From Tubiluchus corallicola (Eukaryota; Animalia; Priapulida): a stretch of 64,000 nt of DNA. Shown in pieces: positions 36,809-49,633 of this stretch (its first letter is position 1; every line of letters begins with the position of its first letter). The notes below the pieces were generated by a model. The model had not been told where the DNA came from. It did no database searches and saw only the letters and a program-made list of their open reading frames with translations. The DNA lies in assembly GCA_030141605.1 (NCBI GenBank), contig JAQGDQ010000087.1, positions 124,001-188,000 of the forward strand, read 5' to 3'. The position numbers were made by a program, and so were the translations under genes.

Positions 36809-39800
36809 ACAAATTTATACCTTATAATTTTGCTCTAAAACTCTGCAACTGCTATTTTGGAAATTGTTATATATTGGAATGATTTGAAAGGTTTCGTATT
36901 TTAATTGCGTGTAGCGATATTTTTGCTAATCCGTGCATGGCTTCTTTTGACAAAGTGATATTTCGTGCCAAAAAAGTGATTTTGGAACCTATTATTTAAA
37001 TCGTAGGATTTTATCGAACAGTGCATGGGTGTATTTTAGTTACATATGTGTTAATGTCTTTTAATGTTCAGTGTAGGGCGAAGTGTCAAAAATTTAAGTG
37101 AAATTGCTAAACTCTGAAGGCACCTGCATACATCTTCATAGTAAGAGAATGAAATATGAAGTACCCTATAAGCCAATTTAGGAACTATTTGTGTATATTT
37201 CCTTGGTGACTTTGGCATGAATTAAAGCATCTGACATGCAGCTAATGAGGGGCTTATTGAGTTAATCTTGCTGCGGATATCATCACACTGTGCTGTGCAC
37301 GCTAGCAGCATCAATTACTATAGTGATCTCAAACCGATATGTCCATTAAGATGCACTGAAAGGTTTGCTAAGTCATGTGACTGCAGTAACACGATTCTTG
37401 AGGTTTATCCACACTATCTAGCGCTGTACCGCTTGTCGGCGCAATAACGAGATTCTTGACGAGTCGTTTAACTTCAGCGATTTGTAACTATTCGAGTAAA
37501 CACTACAATACTGCTATGCACTCATCGCAGCTAAAACAGTAAAAAGATTCACGTGCTAATCGTAGTAACTGAATGCGCCGATGCTGTAATGACGTAGTTG
37601 AATTCATAACTAAAATGTAAGCAGTAAATTAACGGTTGTAAGCGTAAATGATTCTGACATCTAATTGCATTGCACTTAGTACACACAATGCGTTGTGCAC
37701 GTTTTCTAATCTTTTGTTACCATTTACTACTGTTCCATTCATGGATTTTGTGAAAACCTAACCTTTTCTTGAGAGATCCGCCTTCGCCTTACATTGTGTT
37801 ATTTTTCCTAGTGCGAGAATATTGTACGTATAATTGACCGGGGAATTGGCAACGTAACGTAATACAGTCTTTTCTGCGGGTATTGCAGTTTATTTTCTCA
37901 TCAAACGTTAATGTGTTGGGAGCGTCATATTCTCAGGCTGCAAGAGTTTGCTCATTATATACGGGTTGGCTTGAACATAGTACTGCAGAATGGTAATTTT
38001 ACACCGAATTGGGAAGTAGATTCTTGTATAGCAATCGTTTTAACATGAGTAAGATGAGCGCCGATCTTGCATAAAAGAGTTTCTATGTATGAGAACTAGC
38101 TTGATAAACACTTTCTGGGAAACAAAACTCAGAATAAATGTTTTCAGTGTGAAAAGTGTTGCAACCGTCTTGCCACGCTTATTAATGGTGCTTGGTTGTT
38201 GTGGTTTCTAACTTTGGACGCAAAGTTTGCCGGTTTTAGTTTTTGCCAAAAAAAACGTTAAATATGAGAGTAACGTCCATCTTTTGGCAAAATCCACCTT
38301 TAAATTTGAATACATTTTCAAATAGCTGTTTGCTAGTGTTTAGATATTTTCCATATGCAAACTACATTTGGCAAATGATGTTTCAGAGTGAATCAGAAAA
38401 CTTACTGCTTAATCCATTGCGCCCCGCACATACAAACCTTTTGATTTGCATAATCGTTATTTTTCTTTATTTGTGACTTCATGTTGACACGCATATGTGT
38501 AACCAACTTCTTTTACAGAAGTATATGAAAATGACAGCAAAATCCGAATATAACACTGATACTGATTTGTTCTCTTTTTCGAAGCCACTTTAATACCCTT
38601 GGCGTAGGAGTTCTACTGTGCATTCTAGCATTCCCAGTAAGATTAATGTTCAGTTTATTCATCACTGGAATGAGTACAGTTCAAGAAAACGGACATTAAT
38701 TTAAAACGAACATTTGCCAACCTTGCTCTCTCTAGCTTTTCTCTAAATTGTCTGCTGCACTCTACATTTGCACGAATGGCAGTATATTACATGTCCAAAA
38801 TCATTTTTCTTTGAAACGTGGCAACGTCAACTCAGCGAGATTTATAGAGCTTTCAAATTTACTAGCTAAATTTGTGATGCCGTTATACGTGTTAATTATT
38901 AAAGAGGCCTATTCAGAGCTGTTTTCCATCACGACATACACTGTCTGTAAAGTGACGTGAAGGTGTTGCCTATTACTTAGTGCTTCAGTGCCATTGAAAA
39001 TTCATTTTCTCCCACGTGGCTTTCCTGTATGTCTGCAGAGTCTCTCAAGTTGTCTTGAATACTCGTTAGATGGCGCCATGTGGTTAGTATTACTTGGGTT
39101 GCATTTCTACAATAAATATTTGCTTGGTTCGTAAGTCGTTGTCATTTTTCGAAACGAGTGTTCAACATAACAGTTTTACTTCTTTGATTCACACATGCGT
39201 TCATATAAGGCTTTATTGGGCAATTTACAGATATAGAATTTAACTGCTCTAAATGTCGTGATTAATGTTCTGTAGACAGGAAAATAAATGGAGCTACTGT
39301 AATAGTAACAACGAATGTATTTTATATTTCATTAATTTGTAATGTTCAACTGTAACAAGGTCTCGTCAAAGCAGCATTAACCACGTACTCGTTATTACTT
39401 TGGTTATATCACTTGTTAGTGGGTACATATAGTTATGGTAATTTTGTCTTGATTTGGTATTTTGATTTGTTTTCTCAGCTATAGATGTCGCCCGTATGCC
39501 AAGCACTTAGTAATTGGACTTAACACAGGCAATATAATAAAAGTAAGCTGGTACTTAGCGAACACATAATATTTGTAATAGCTTACGGTCCTGACAGTTG
39601 CCTTCCTCAGTCATAGGCCGAAAGGAATTAAATGTAAATTTTGCAATGTGAGCATTTTTTGGAATGTTTTGCCTTCTCACTAATTAACCCTGCGTATACA
39701 GTGAATTATACTTCTCAAATTACAAATAACTACAACAAAAATCAACTCTAGATGTTGTATGTAACAAATTTCTGTAACTTTTGTTGCAGATACATATTAT

Positions 39801-40723
39801 TTACAGATTCAAAATCACTTTGCTGGGTAATTCTTTCGGATAAGGAATGAATTTAAAGATAAAAAAGGCGGGAAGAATACAGGATTTTGAAACTTGACTG
39901 TCTTGAAACTTGACTTTGGGAGAAATCCAAAAAACTAAAGAAATCAAGAGGAACAGTACAATTAATGTACGTTTTATACATGAACTATTTCGAACTCTGT
40001 GTTAAAGATTTTCTGCAAAAGATGTCGTTTCTGATATAAGTTGCATTCAGCTCCTGTCTATTTTCTAGCAAAATTCGAATTCTCACGAATCGTTGCATCT
40101 TGGGAGACATTTAGTGCTACACCTTGTGTTTCAAAATTGCTGCAATTTGATTTTCAACCCTGCATGATTGAGCATTATGACTATTTTGATGCGTTCAACG
40201 AGATTAGGTTGGCACTGAAATTCATTCGTACACACAAATGCATAGCTCCATTAGCCGTTTTATGGTGAACACTATACATCAATCTCCGTGCACTGTATAT
40301 TACATGGTACCGTATACACTATATGCTCAGTTGTTCATTATCATCTAGCTTTTGCACTGCGCAAGCAGTGCCGCACTATAACTGATTCATCGTCGCCATC
40401 ATCATCAACGCTGCCGCTGTCCCGTCGTAAACGAAATTCGGCATGTTAAAGACCCCCGTGAGAGAGCATTGTTGTGATATGTATTAAAGCGTAATTCCAG
40501 AAGGTTAAAATTATATTAGCTTAAGATCATCTCAAGGCTTATATGGTATAGCTACCCACAGCAGAAATTAATTTTTTCTGTATTTTCCAGAATTTTTTAT
40601 GTTAGGTATTTTGTCATTTCTTTGTAGTATGTGCAGTTTTTTCTAATTATGTTCATCCACAATGATGACATGCAGTATGCCTTCATTACAGACTTTAATA
40701 GGCAGTTTTAGTTTTGTTGCCAT

Positions 40724-41020
40724 TTGTCAACTGTGGCAAATGTGACGACTTTGTGTGACTTTGTCAATTGTGGCAAACGTGACGACATTGTGACTTGGTG
40801 TGACTTTGTCGACTGTGGCAAATGTGACGACTTTGTGACTTGGTGTGACTTTGTCAATTGTGGCAAACGTAACGACGTTGTGACTTGGTGTGACTTTGGC
40901 AAATGTGACTACTTTGTGACTTGGTGTGACTTTGTCAACTGTGGCAAATGTGACGACATTGTGACTTGGTGTGACTTTGTCAACTGTGGCAAATGTGACA
41001 TCTTTATGACTTGGTGTAAT
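40724..41020. repeat. 45-bp minisatellite (TGTGACTTGGTGTGACTTTGTCAACTGTGGCAAATGTGACGACAT), about 7 units, built from TGTGAC sub-repeats
   Basis: Directly visible tandem units, some with internal deletions. Confidence 0.95.
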
Positions 41021-41778
41021 TGTTAGTTAATGTAATGCGCCACAAAATGCATTCAAGTAATATCTGTTCCTTAATTGATTATAGTATGGGTGTCTTAGAT
41101 TTACTGTATAGCACAAATCTTTCAAAATAAAACAACTGAATAATTCGTAATTATACGCCAAAATTGTCAATGGATGTGTGCTATATTTATATTGGAGAGT
41201 CACGTGTTGGACGAATTTCTTTGCCACAGGCTTGGTAACTAGAAATCATCATTGTTTGTTTTCCTCTGTAAAAACATTTACACTGGACCGCGCGACATTA
41301 ATTTCGCCTGTTTAATTAACACTGAGCAGTAATGATTAACGGGACGGCTTGAGTAGATAAATATTCTCTGCTTGCATCAAGTCATTTTTCGCCGTGGCAC
41401 AAGTTAATATTGCGCAATTTGGCAACTTTCGACTGGTATGCGAATGGTAGAAAAGTACATGGAAATGTTATTTCAAAAAATTAACACATTTATTATAAAT
41501 GATAATTGTATTGTTTTCTTTCTGCTAGGATTTAAAAACTCACGTGTACTAAAATGAGAAATCTGTCTGAACGTTCCCCCCATAAATTGTCTGCTATCCC
41601 TAGTCATATGTAGATGGAATCAAGCACCGAATTTTCAAGTTGTCAGTACTTTTTGCTTGTTGGTAATAATCTTGTGGTCATATTCTGGGCACAGTCATCA
41701 AGCGATTTGCGTTACATAATAAATAAACTTCGTGTTTGGAACTGATTTTTTGATGGATTTCATGTCCGGTTAAAGGGA

Positions 41779-42030
41779 AGGAGAATAGCCTAGTAGTTGC
41801 GGTGTGTGCTCGCAACCGAATTTATACAACGTTGTGTCTGGTCAGTAAATGAATGGGCGACTACTTGATGTTGTACTCGTTTTGTGTGATTTCATGCGCT
41901 ATACTTATTTTAGCAATTCTAAGGCTGAGGGAAGATGTATTCACATTCGAACGCGCTTGAGACGGTTCATTGGATTCAATATTTCTAGTTAGAGTATTGG
42001 GCGTGTTCATGATCTAATTCTGCCCAGGTA
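41779..42030 (+). mobile_element. 5S rRNA-derived SINE remnant, same family as the 31.2-kb copy
   Basis: GCAACCGAA.TTA..CAACGT....CTGGTCAGTAAATGAATGGGCGAC, preceded by TAGCCTAGT; shares the body motif CATTCGAACG. Confidence 0.6.
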
Positions 42031-42139
42031 ATCCTCATTAAATAAACCTTGCCAGTTAGTGCCCGGTTACCGCTTACCAGGTTCAACTGTATCAAAATGC
42101 TAAATTAACTGTTTGTCATATTTACCTATCATATTTATT

Positions 42140-42252
42140 AACAGTTTTTTATTTTTTTCAGGTAAGTGTGTGTACAGTGTGTGACACGTACATTTTTGTG
42201 CAGTTTTGCTTAAGTGTTTATCACTTCACGTCAACCAATAGCTCGGGTAAGT
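42140..42252 (+). promoter_or_regulatory. Candidate recursive splice site (ratchet point) AG|GT at 42161/42162 with cryptic 85-nt exon 42162-42246
   Basis: tattaacagttttttatttttttCAG|GTAAGT, with a second consensus donor CGG|GTAAGT at 42247. Confidence 0.65.
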
Positions 42253-43343
42253 TCGTTCTTTGCAGTTAATGCGCTGAAACGCATTTTATCATCCACTTTG
42301 TGCACCGTTATTCCGCATCCGGTTTAAACTCATCTTCACTCACTTGTCTCTAAACTCGACAACACTTGTAGCTTTATTACGTGGCCATCACTACAAGGTT
42401 ACTGATCTTTGCAGGATAAGCGTTTATACGATCGTCTGCAATTCACTGTATGAGTAGAATGTTACATTTCAATCTACGTACCCTCGTTTAGTAGTAATAG
42501 TAATTTGCTGTCAAAAGATCAAATAAATTCGACATTCACAAAAATTAGTCATCATTAGTAAACATTAAACTGTACATAAATTCATTCTATACATAAATAT
42601 AGTATGCATAAATCCATTCTGGATAAGAACTGTAATTCTATAATTGCTTGTAAATTTATAATTTGATGTATAGAAGTAAGTTCTCGGTGAAAATTGACTA
42701 TCATTCAATAATGTTAAGAGCTAATATCATCAACGTGGAAATTATTCGTATTTCAAAGGGAAAAGTTCAGAAAAGCAATAAAAATCTGTTTTCAACCAAA
42801 TCTTTTTATTTGAGTTTGGTTTAAGAATATTTGTAAAACAACGGTAGTAACAAGCGCAACGATATCTGCAGCAACAATACAATGACAATACAACTTATCC
42901 AATTTTGTACCTCTTTCAGCAAGCAGATGAATAATTAAACCAGCAATTTTTATATTTATGCAAACGCGATGTAATTACGTAATTTCACTGAAGACTCGGT
43001 AGTAATCCGTGTGAATCGCATTAAATAGATTTAGCTTAAACATGTTTTTATTCAATGACAAGTATTACAATACGGCGTGAACAGACAGTTTTTAACAACT
43101 GGTAAATTTTTTCGCCAATGACACGTTATACTTAGTAGAGTGCAGACCATAGATAAACAGTTGAAACGTTACAGTATAGTATAACATTACTAGCAGTATA
43201 GACACATACATAGCATAATGTTGAGAATGACATTAATATTACTATGTAGTCAATATAAACTAATGCAATGGTTAGAAGCGCTTAGATAGAAATATAAACT
43301 TCTGTACAAGCTTAAATACTTGAATATTAACAGTTATACTTAA

Positions 43344-43947
43344 AGGAAGACAAGATGATTTTTTATGTACTACCCCATTTTCAAATACGATAAAAAGTAT
43401 GTATTTTAACACAATTAATACTGCAAAAGCGTTTCTGATAATTAAATTATAGATTAAAAACTTAATTAACGGTGTGCGAACCCTACTATTGATGACATCA
43501 CAAACTAACATAATTTTCAACAGCAAAAATATTCCGTGAGCGTATTGCGCTTGTTTGTGAAAACGGAAATTGAAGTACATTGCTACTGTAAGAGATTCAG
43601 TGTGTTGTAGTAAAACTAGGCAAGTTTTAAGAGCAAAATTCAAATTTCAAATTTGCCACTGTGTTCACGCATGAGTGTCGAACGTGTATAGTTCGTCAGA
43701 AACTAACACATTTGAACTGAGAAGTACAGCGCTTGTTTTTGTGTAATGCGTTCGGGCTAGTGCCCGTCTAACTAGCGAATGGCGAAATGCATGTAACAGC
43801 GAAGAACTAGTGGCGCGAACGTGATATTGTGTTTGTGTGGTAATGATTCTTTCACGTAAGTCATGTTTGAAAAACTAGTGTTTCCTTTCAATATTTTAAA
43901 GAGTAGATTGTTTTGACCTACAGTTTGAGATTGGGTCCGGTTTTGCA
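43344..43947 (+). mobile_element. Kolobok-like non-autonomous DNA transposon, apparently full length (~604 bp)
   Basis: Flanked by TTAA (43340-43343 and 43948-43951), begins AGG, and has an imperfect ~13-bp TIR (AGGAAGACAAGAT / GTCCGGTTTTGCA). A TTAA TSD with purine-start termini is typical of Kolobok rather than piggyBac. Confidence 0.8.
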
Positions 43948-46900
43948 TTAAGTGTTGATTACCATGAAGAAGCAGATAAGCGAGTCTAAATATTTTTGAT
44001 ATCAGCCATTGACATGTTTAGTTCTGTTATTTTCTTGAACATACACTCTAGAAAATGGGCTGCTCAGCTCGCAAGCGCCTCTTGCTGATGCTGTGGGATC
44101 ACGCCGATGATGCGATGGGGTCGCTATAGCAACAATATGACCATTCTGAGATGCATAGATGCTCGTTGAGCTGCGTAATCACTGTGCGAAACATGTGTCT
44201 GTTAAAGGGGAGTCGAACCTCAACACAGAGCAAACGTCACCTAAAACTTCGAAAAAATTCTCTGCTGTTAGTGTAGCTACACACTTAGTCGTTATATGTG
44301 CGTTTTAAATAAACTTTATCTGAATGTATTGATTGCAATGAAGCCGTGAAAAATGTAATATCATATCGTATCATCAGCATCAAAAGATTTCCGGAAGCTT
44401 ATGTGCTATTAGTAACGCTGTTGTGCGAAATGTAAGTCTTATCTGCAGATCTCTGCGTGTCTGTCTGCGTCTTTAATGATCAGACCTGTGCAGAAGTGAT
44501 TAAAATTTCTATGAAAGAAGAAAGAAGTCGTATGAAATAGTGCGCCAAGTCTGCAACTGAATTTCTGTCTCTTGTAAATTTTCGTGATTAGTCTCGCAAT
44601 TTTAAACGGCCTTCTCAGTTATTAAATCGGATCCTATGTTTGTGTCGTTGTACAAAAATTTCGTGTTCCACCTACTATATTTGTCGAATCCTGGCATGCC
44701 AGACTGATTTAAATTCTTACGTGGACGAGATACTGCAGTCTAAGTATATTTATGAATTTTAGGCAAAATCATGATGTAAACATTACAGTAGCCTAATGTT
44801 TGTAAGATGTCTAAATTTTAGTATGGAGCAGCATAGAGCAGTATAAATTTTGATACCCCTAAAGATTCCCCTTGTAGTTGTGGCATAATGAAATCTAAAC
44901 GCTAGTAGGCGTTCTCATATTAGTATAGAATTCATGACAAAAATTTATATTATCTTGGCATTCGGGTCATGGCAAAAATTGAAAAAAATAAAACCATTGT
45001 GATGTTTGGATTATCTGTGGGCTCTTCTGCCCTCCTTTTACCTGTTACTTACTAAATTTCGTAGTGTTGACTTCACAGGTCATAACATTGTGACAAGTAC
45101 TGGCTTTGCGTGGTGGATCAACATAATGTAAGTTCAGAAAATTAAAGGTGCACTTGTTTTTTATCAAGTTGCTATGCTTTTTCTTGCTGAATCTGGGCTA
45201 ATTTCATCAACTCTTGTTGAACTGATTAATTCTCCTGTGTGGAAAAATGGTTTTTAAGCGAATCGACATTCAATTAAAAATTCAGATTCAATTTAAGCCA
45301 ATTATCATCATCTAAATGATTAACAGTATGATTAACTTCGAGTTATTCAACTAGAGTTGCAGGTTTGTCAATTTTTAAAATAGGTTACAATCAAACAAAA
45401 ACGCCGGATTTAAGCCAAACAAGAAAGTTCATTGCATTTTGCTATTGATATTTAAGCTAGGAGTTAACATCTGCTCCTGTGGCTGCTATGTACGTTATCC
45501 AGCCTGATGCTTAGTGCAAACGCTATAAAATTGCAGTTTATCCATTACCTAGTGCACTATCGTAAATCAATTGTACTCCATAGACAATTGAGTTATAAAC
45601 CGACTATGAACATTAAGCACTATGCGTTTACTGCGCATGCCGTGTAATCATATTAATGTTATCCATTTATTACTTGTCTTCAACAAGCGATTATAGTGGT
45701 GTAATTTTCCCAGAATCGGGCCATACAAGATGGACCAACCATCCGTGTTGCCTAACTTAAATAGCGGGTTAACGTTATCAGCTTTTACCGCGTTTAACTC
45801 CATATACAACTCAGTCCAAGTATTTTAGTCAGCAAAAACTGCCAAAAATGTACTGTGAAGCTAGTACCGTATATTCTATTCCGTATATATATAGCCTAGA
45901 ATATTCTTTGTGTCACTCAATATGTTAACATTCGAAGGTTACTAGTTACTGACACTGCTGCGTGATCTTATATATGTCATTAGTAACTCATTAACTCCGA
46001 TGAAATAGATCAAACGCGTATGTACAGGGTTTATGAGTCGCGGCTTCACTGTAATGAGTACCTTCTTACCTGTCATACTTGGTTAGATGGGGAAACTGAA
46101 CGTTGTTAACCGTTCTCTCTGTTTATATATAATCAGTACAAAAAGTTTAAAGTATGTCTCAATTCGTAGTCATTGCTGCAATAGATTCAACACTGTATGA
46201 AGACAAAACGCATTTGGAATTTCTTTCTCAGTATTTTTTTCACTACCTCGTTTATCTACCAGACCTTTGTCTCTACTAGATCTGCCTCGTGTGCCGCAGC
46301 AAACGTTTGGCTTTCTCATAGACGTGTTCATGCCGTAATGAATCCGAGAACTGCATTAATTATTGCTATTCGAAGCTCATCAATATTAATTAGTGTAGTC
46401 GTATGACACCCGCGGGTGCTAGTGCTAAAGGGTTAAACGACACGATATGACCTTCAGTAGAGGCAGGTGCGTCAGATTCTTAGGAGTAAATTAGTGGAAT
46501 TGTTCAGTTCACACGCATTCTTGAACTTTTTAGACGTTTTATTATTTAAGTAGGACACCAAGTGCAATATAGTTTAAACTGTTGCCAGCAATTTTGTTGC
46601 TGTCGCTCCAAAATCATTACGTTTGTTTTGTAATCCGAAAAGCGTCACGGTATCTGGTCAATGTGAATTAAGAAAATGCATCTATTAAATTTCCGACATT
46701 CAGTGTTAAGCCTTAATGCTTTTGTATTTCTCAAAGCCTTGTTCTGAGTTGGATTTTCATAACAATAATGTTCTCCCCCTGTTTGCGCAGCTTCACGCTG
46801 TTGCTCACTTATTAATTGAATGAGTGGGCCGTCTTAGCTTCATCCAGGACCTGGTGCCAGGTTTGATAATTGATGTTGCTGTCAGGAGCAGCTGGAGTCG

Positions 46901-49233
46901 TTTTTAATTAAAGAATTGTTGAAGGGAAAACTGAGAATACCGTCGGGTAAAATTACTTTAATTCACTTCCTTCATTGTGACTTTAATTATCCCAGAAAGC
47001 AGATAAGAGTTGAGCAACGATAGTATAGAAACGCAGTGACATGTGTCACGGCTTGCCGCGTGTTTAACAAGCACACTGCATAATGCGAACATCACTAACA
47101 TTATATACCGGTAGGTTATACTTTAACGATAGGTTATACTTTAAAAGAAAGCACAAGTCACTCAGTATGTTGGGTTATCACACTTTTATTACTAAATCCT
47201 TCTAACATTTTTCGCGAACATTGAAGTAAGCTTAACTTCCCAGAAGACTTGACCTTTCCTTTACTTCTTCTCTATTTCGTTCAGTTTTCTACTCGTTTCG
47301 TTCTCTCCGCAGTCGCCTCTCCAAAGCGGATGCCCAACCTCTGCATCAGAGGAGTAAGGTGAGGCTTCCTTTTTAATCCGTATATGTTCGGAGATTATTA
47401 GTTTAGTCATGTTTTGAAAGCTACCAGTGGCATATTTACCTCTACTGTTTCTTTTACTGTTTCAATAATTTTGACGATTATACCCAAGTGTTGGGATGCT
47501 TTGTGTGTTGTGTGATTTTTTTATGTACATTGTATTGTATATAATTTGTGTTGTTCGTTAGTAATCTAAACTACATGATATTTAACTAATGTTCATGAAC
47601 TGCATTTCACGAAAATGGGCTCTACGTCATATGACGTCAGAAACTAACGCTTCAGAGACATTTGACTATTATGCATTTAAGCATGACTAAAATGCGTCCA
47701 AAACAGTTCTTCATTATTCGTTTAATCATAGGTTGAAGGTTACTGGAGAAATGTTCGACAGTACGCCTGTGTGTTACTTTAAAGCTACCTGAGACCTACA
47801 TGGGTTTTTAGGCAAAGTTTGGCGGTTCTAGAAAATGGTCTGTAATTGTTAATCTATGATGGTTAATCTCATATGTAGATAAAACTTAAGTCATAGTCAT
47901 TGGATATTTATTTAGTTGAATGCTTGAGAACTTCCAGTCAGGTAGGCAGACGATTATTCTTCTCTTCTTAAAGCGATGTCAGATACTGTTCTTAAATCAG
48001 CAGCTGTTCATTTGTTGTCAAAGTTAAAGGCAAACCGGGCAATTGTTTAGATTCAATCTCATTTTAATTTGCTGTCCAAAATATACATTTTCTTGCCTAT
48101 AGAAGTTAGCAATTGTTTCTTATATTTGAATAATTAGCTTAGAAAGTTAATTAACGGCAACCTAACACAGCTATTGCTCACGTCAGAAATTGACCACAGT
48201 TTGCGCAATGGCAGGCATCTTCCCTTGCGCGTCAAGCATGTTTGCATAAGTGATACTGCTTAAACGCGTGACGTCACGAAAATGGGCTCTACATCATATA
48301 ACGTCAGAAATTAACGCTGCAGTTCATGATCATGGTTATCACTGTACCGCCTTCTATTTGTTGGCCACGCGAATGTGACAAAAAGGCGCCATTGCCAATC
48401 TTAGTAGATTCACTGAGCCGCGCATAGCTTTAAAAATTTAACGAAATTTGATTATAGAGGTAATTATTATTTAATCTATGCTTTCATTTAAAAAAAGCTA
48501 TTGTAGTTTTCAATATTTTAGAGCAATCTCTATTCTGAACTAATGTTTACACAATCTTCCGGTTTTCCTTTAAAAAATACAAATTTACGAGCTCATCGAG
48601 TCTACAAATTAGTGGTAACGAGTAAGATAATCTAGGCAAATAGATCTTCTGAGTAAGCACTTTTTTGCAAACCTTCTCAATATTAATAGGCTTAAAATCG
48701 CATTCACATTTAAAGTTCTCATCAAAACTTGGTACGCCATTATTCCCTAAGTTGTTATTTCCAAATCACATTCAATTCAATTCAAACTGATTTGCTTCGC
48801 CATTGATACGCCATACGCCAGTTAACTAATACTTTTGCTGTATTTGACTCGCATGACTTTGTTGCCCATATAATTCCGCATCGATTTACGTCAAAATTTT
48901 ATCCCGCTGATTCTCTACATCTCATTTCAATGATGACGTTCATTTCGCGTCATCATCCGTTTTATGGCTCTTTTCCCATCAATCACTTATTGCTCGGTAT
49001 TAAAACCACAGCCATCAGAATTATTCATTTCATTGACACAGACAAACTTAATTTCTGTCCGCTTGGCTTGACATAACAAAACTTTTTTGTTGTTATTCAG
49101 TAAATAGAAATTAGACAACTGTTTTACATAAATGCAGCATATGACTGAAGGGAGAAAAATACACAAGCGTGTCCTTTTACATGCCTTTTGAGCGTCAGCC
49201 TAAATGTTTTAACTTTAAACGAAGTTTGGTTAA

Positions 49234-49633
49234 AGGGAGACAGGATGATTTTTCATGTACTACCCCGTTTTCAAGTACGGTTAAAAGTATATGTTTTAAC
49301 ACCAATAATAATGCAAAACCATTTCTGATAATTAAATATTAGATTAAAATCTTAATTAACGGCAAGCGAGCCCATGTATTGATGACATCACAAACGAACA
49401 TTGTTTTCAGCAGCAGCATCCCATGAGCTTGTTGTACGTGTTTTGAAAAATTAAAAGCGAAAATTGAAGTACAGTGGTACTGTAAGAGATTTAATTTATT
49501 GTACTAAACTTGGTAAGTTTTTAAGATAAAAATTCAAGTTTCAGATTTACCACATTTAGTATGTTCCCTTTCAATATTTTAAAGAGGACAGATTTTTTTG
49601 ACCTACAGTTTAAGATTTTGGTCCGGTTTTGCT
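49234..49633 (+). mobile_element. Kolobok-like non-autonomous element with ~200-bp internal deletion
   Basis: TTAA|AGGGAGACAGGAT...GTCCGGTTTTGCT|TTAA; same family as the 43344 copy. Confidence 0.8.

Noticed and set aside
36382-36882. Five ORFs with HTYI/MYVC repeats
   Set aside because: These are translations of the (ATGT)n microsatellite, which lacks stops in every frame.
43272-43643. 123-aa minus-strand ORF
   Set aside because: Lies antisense within the non-autonomous Kolobok-like element; no transposase motifs.
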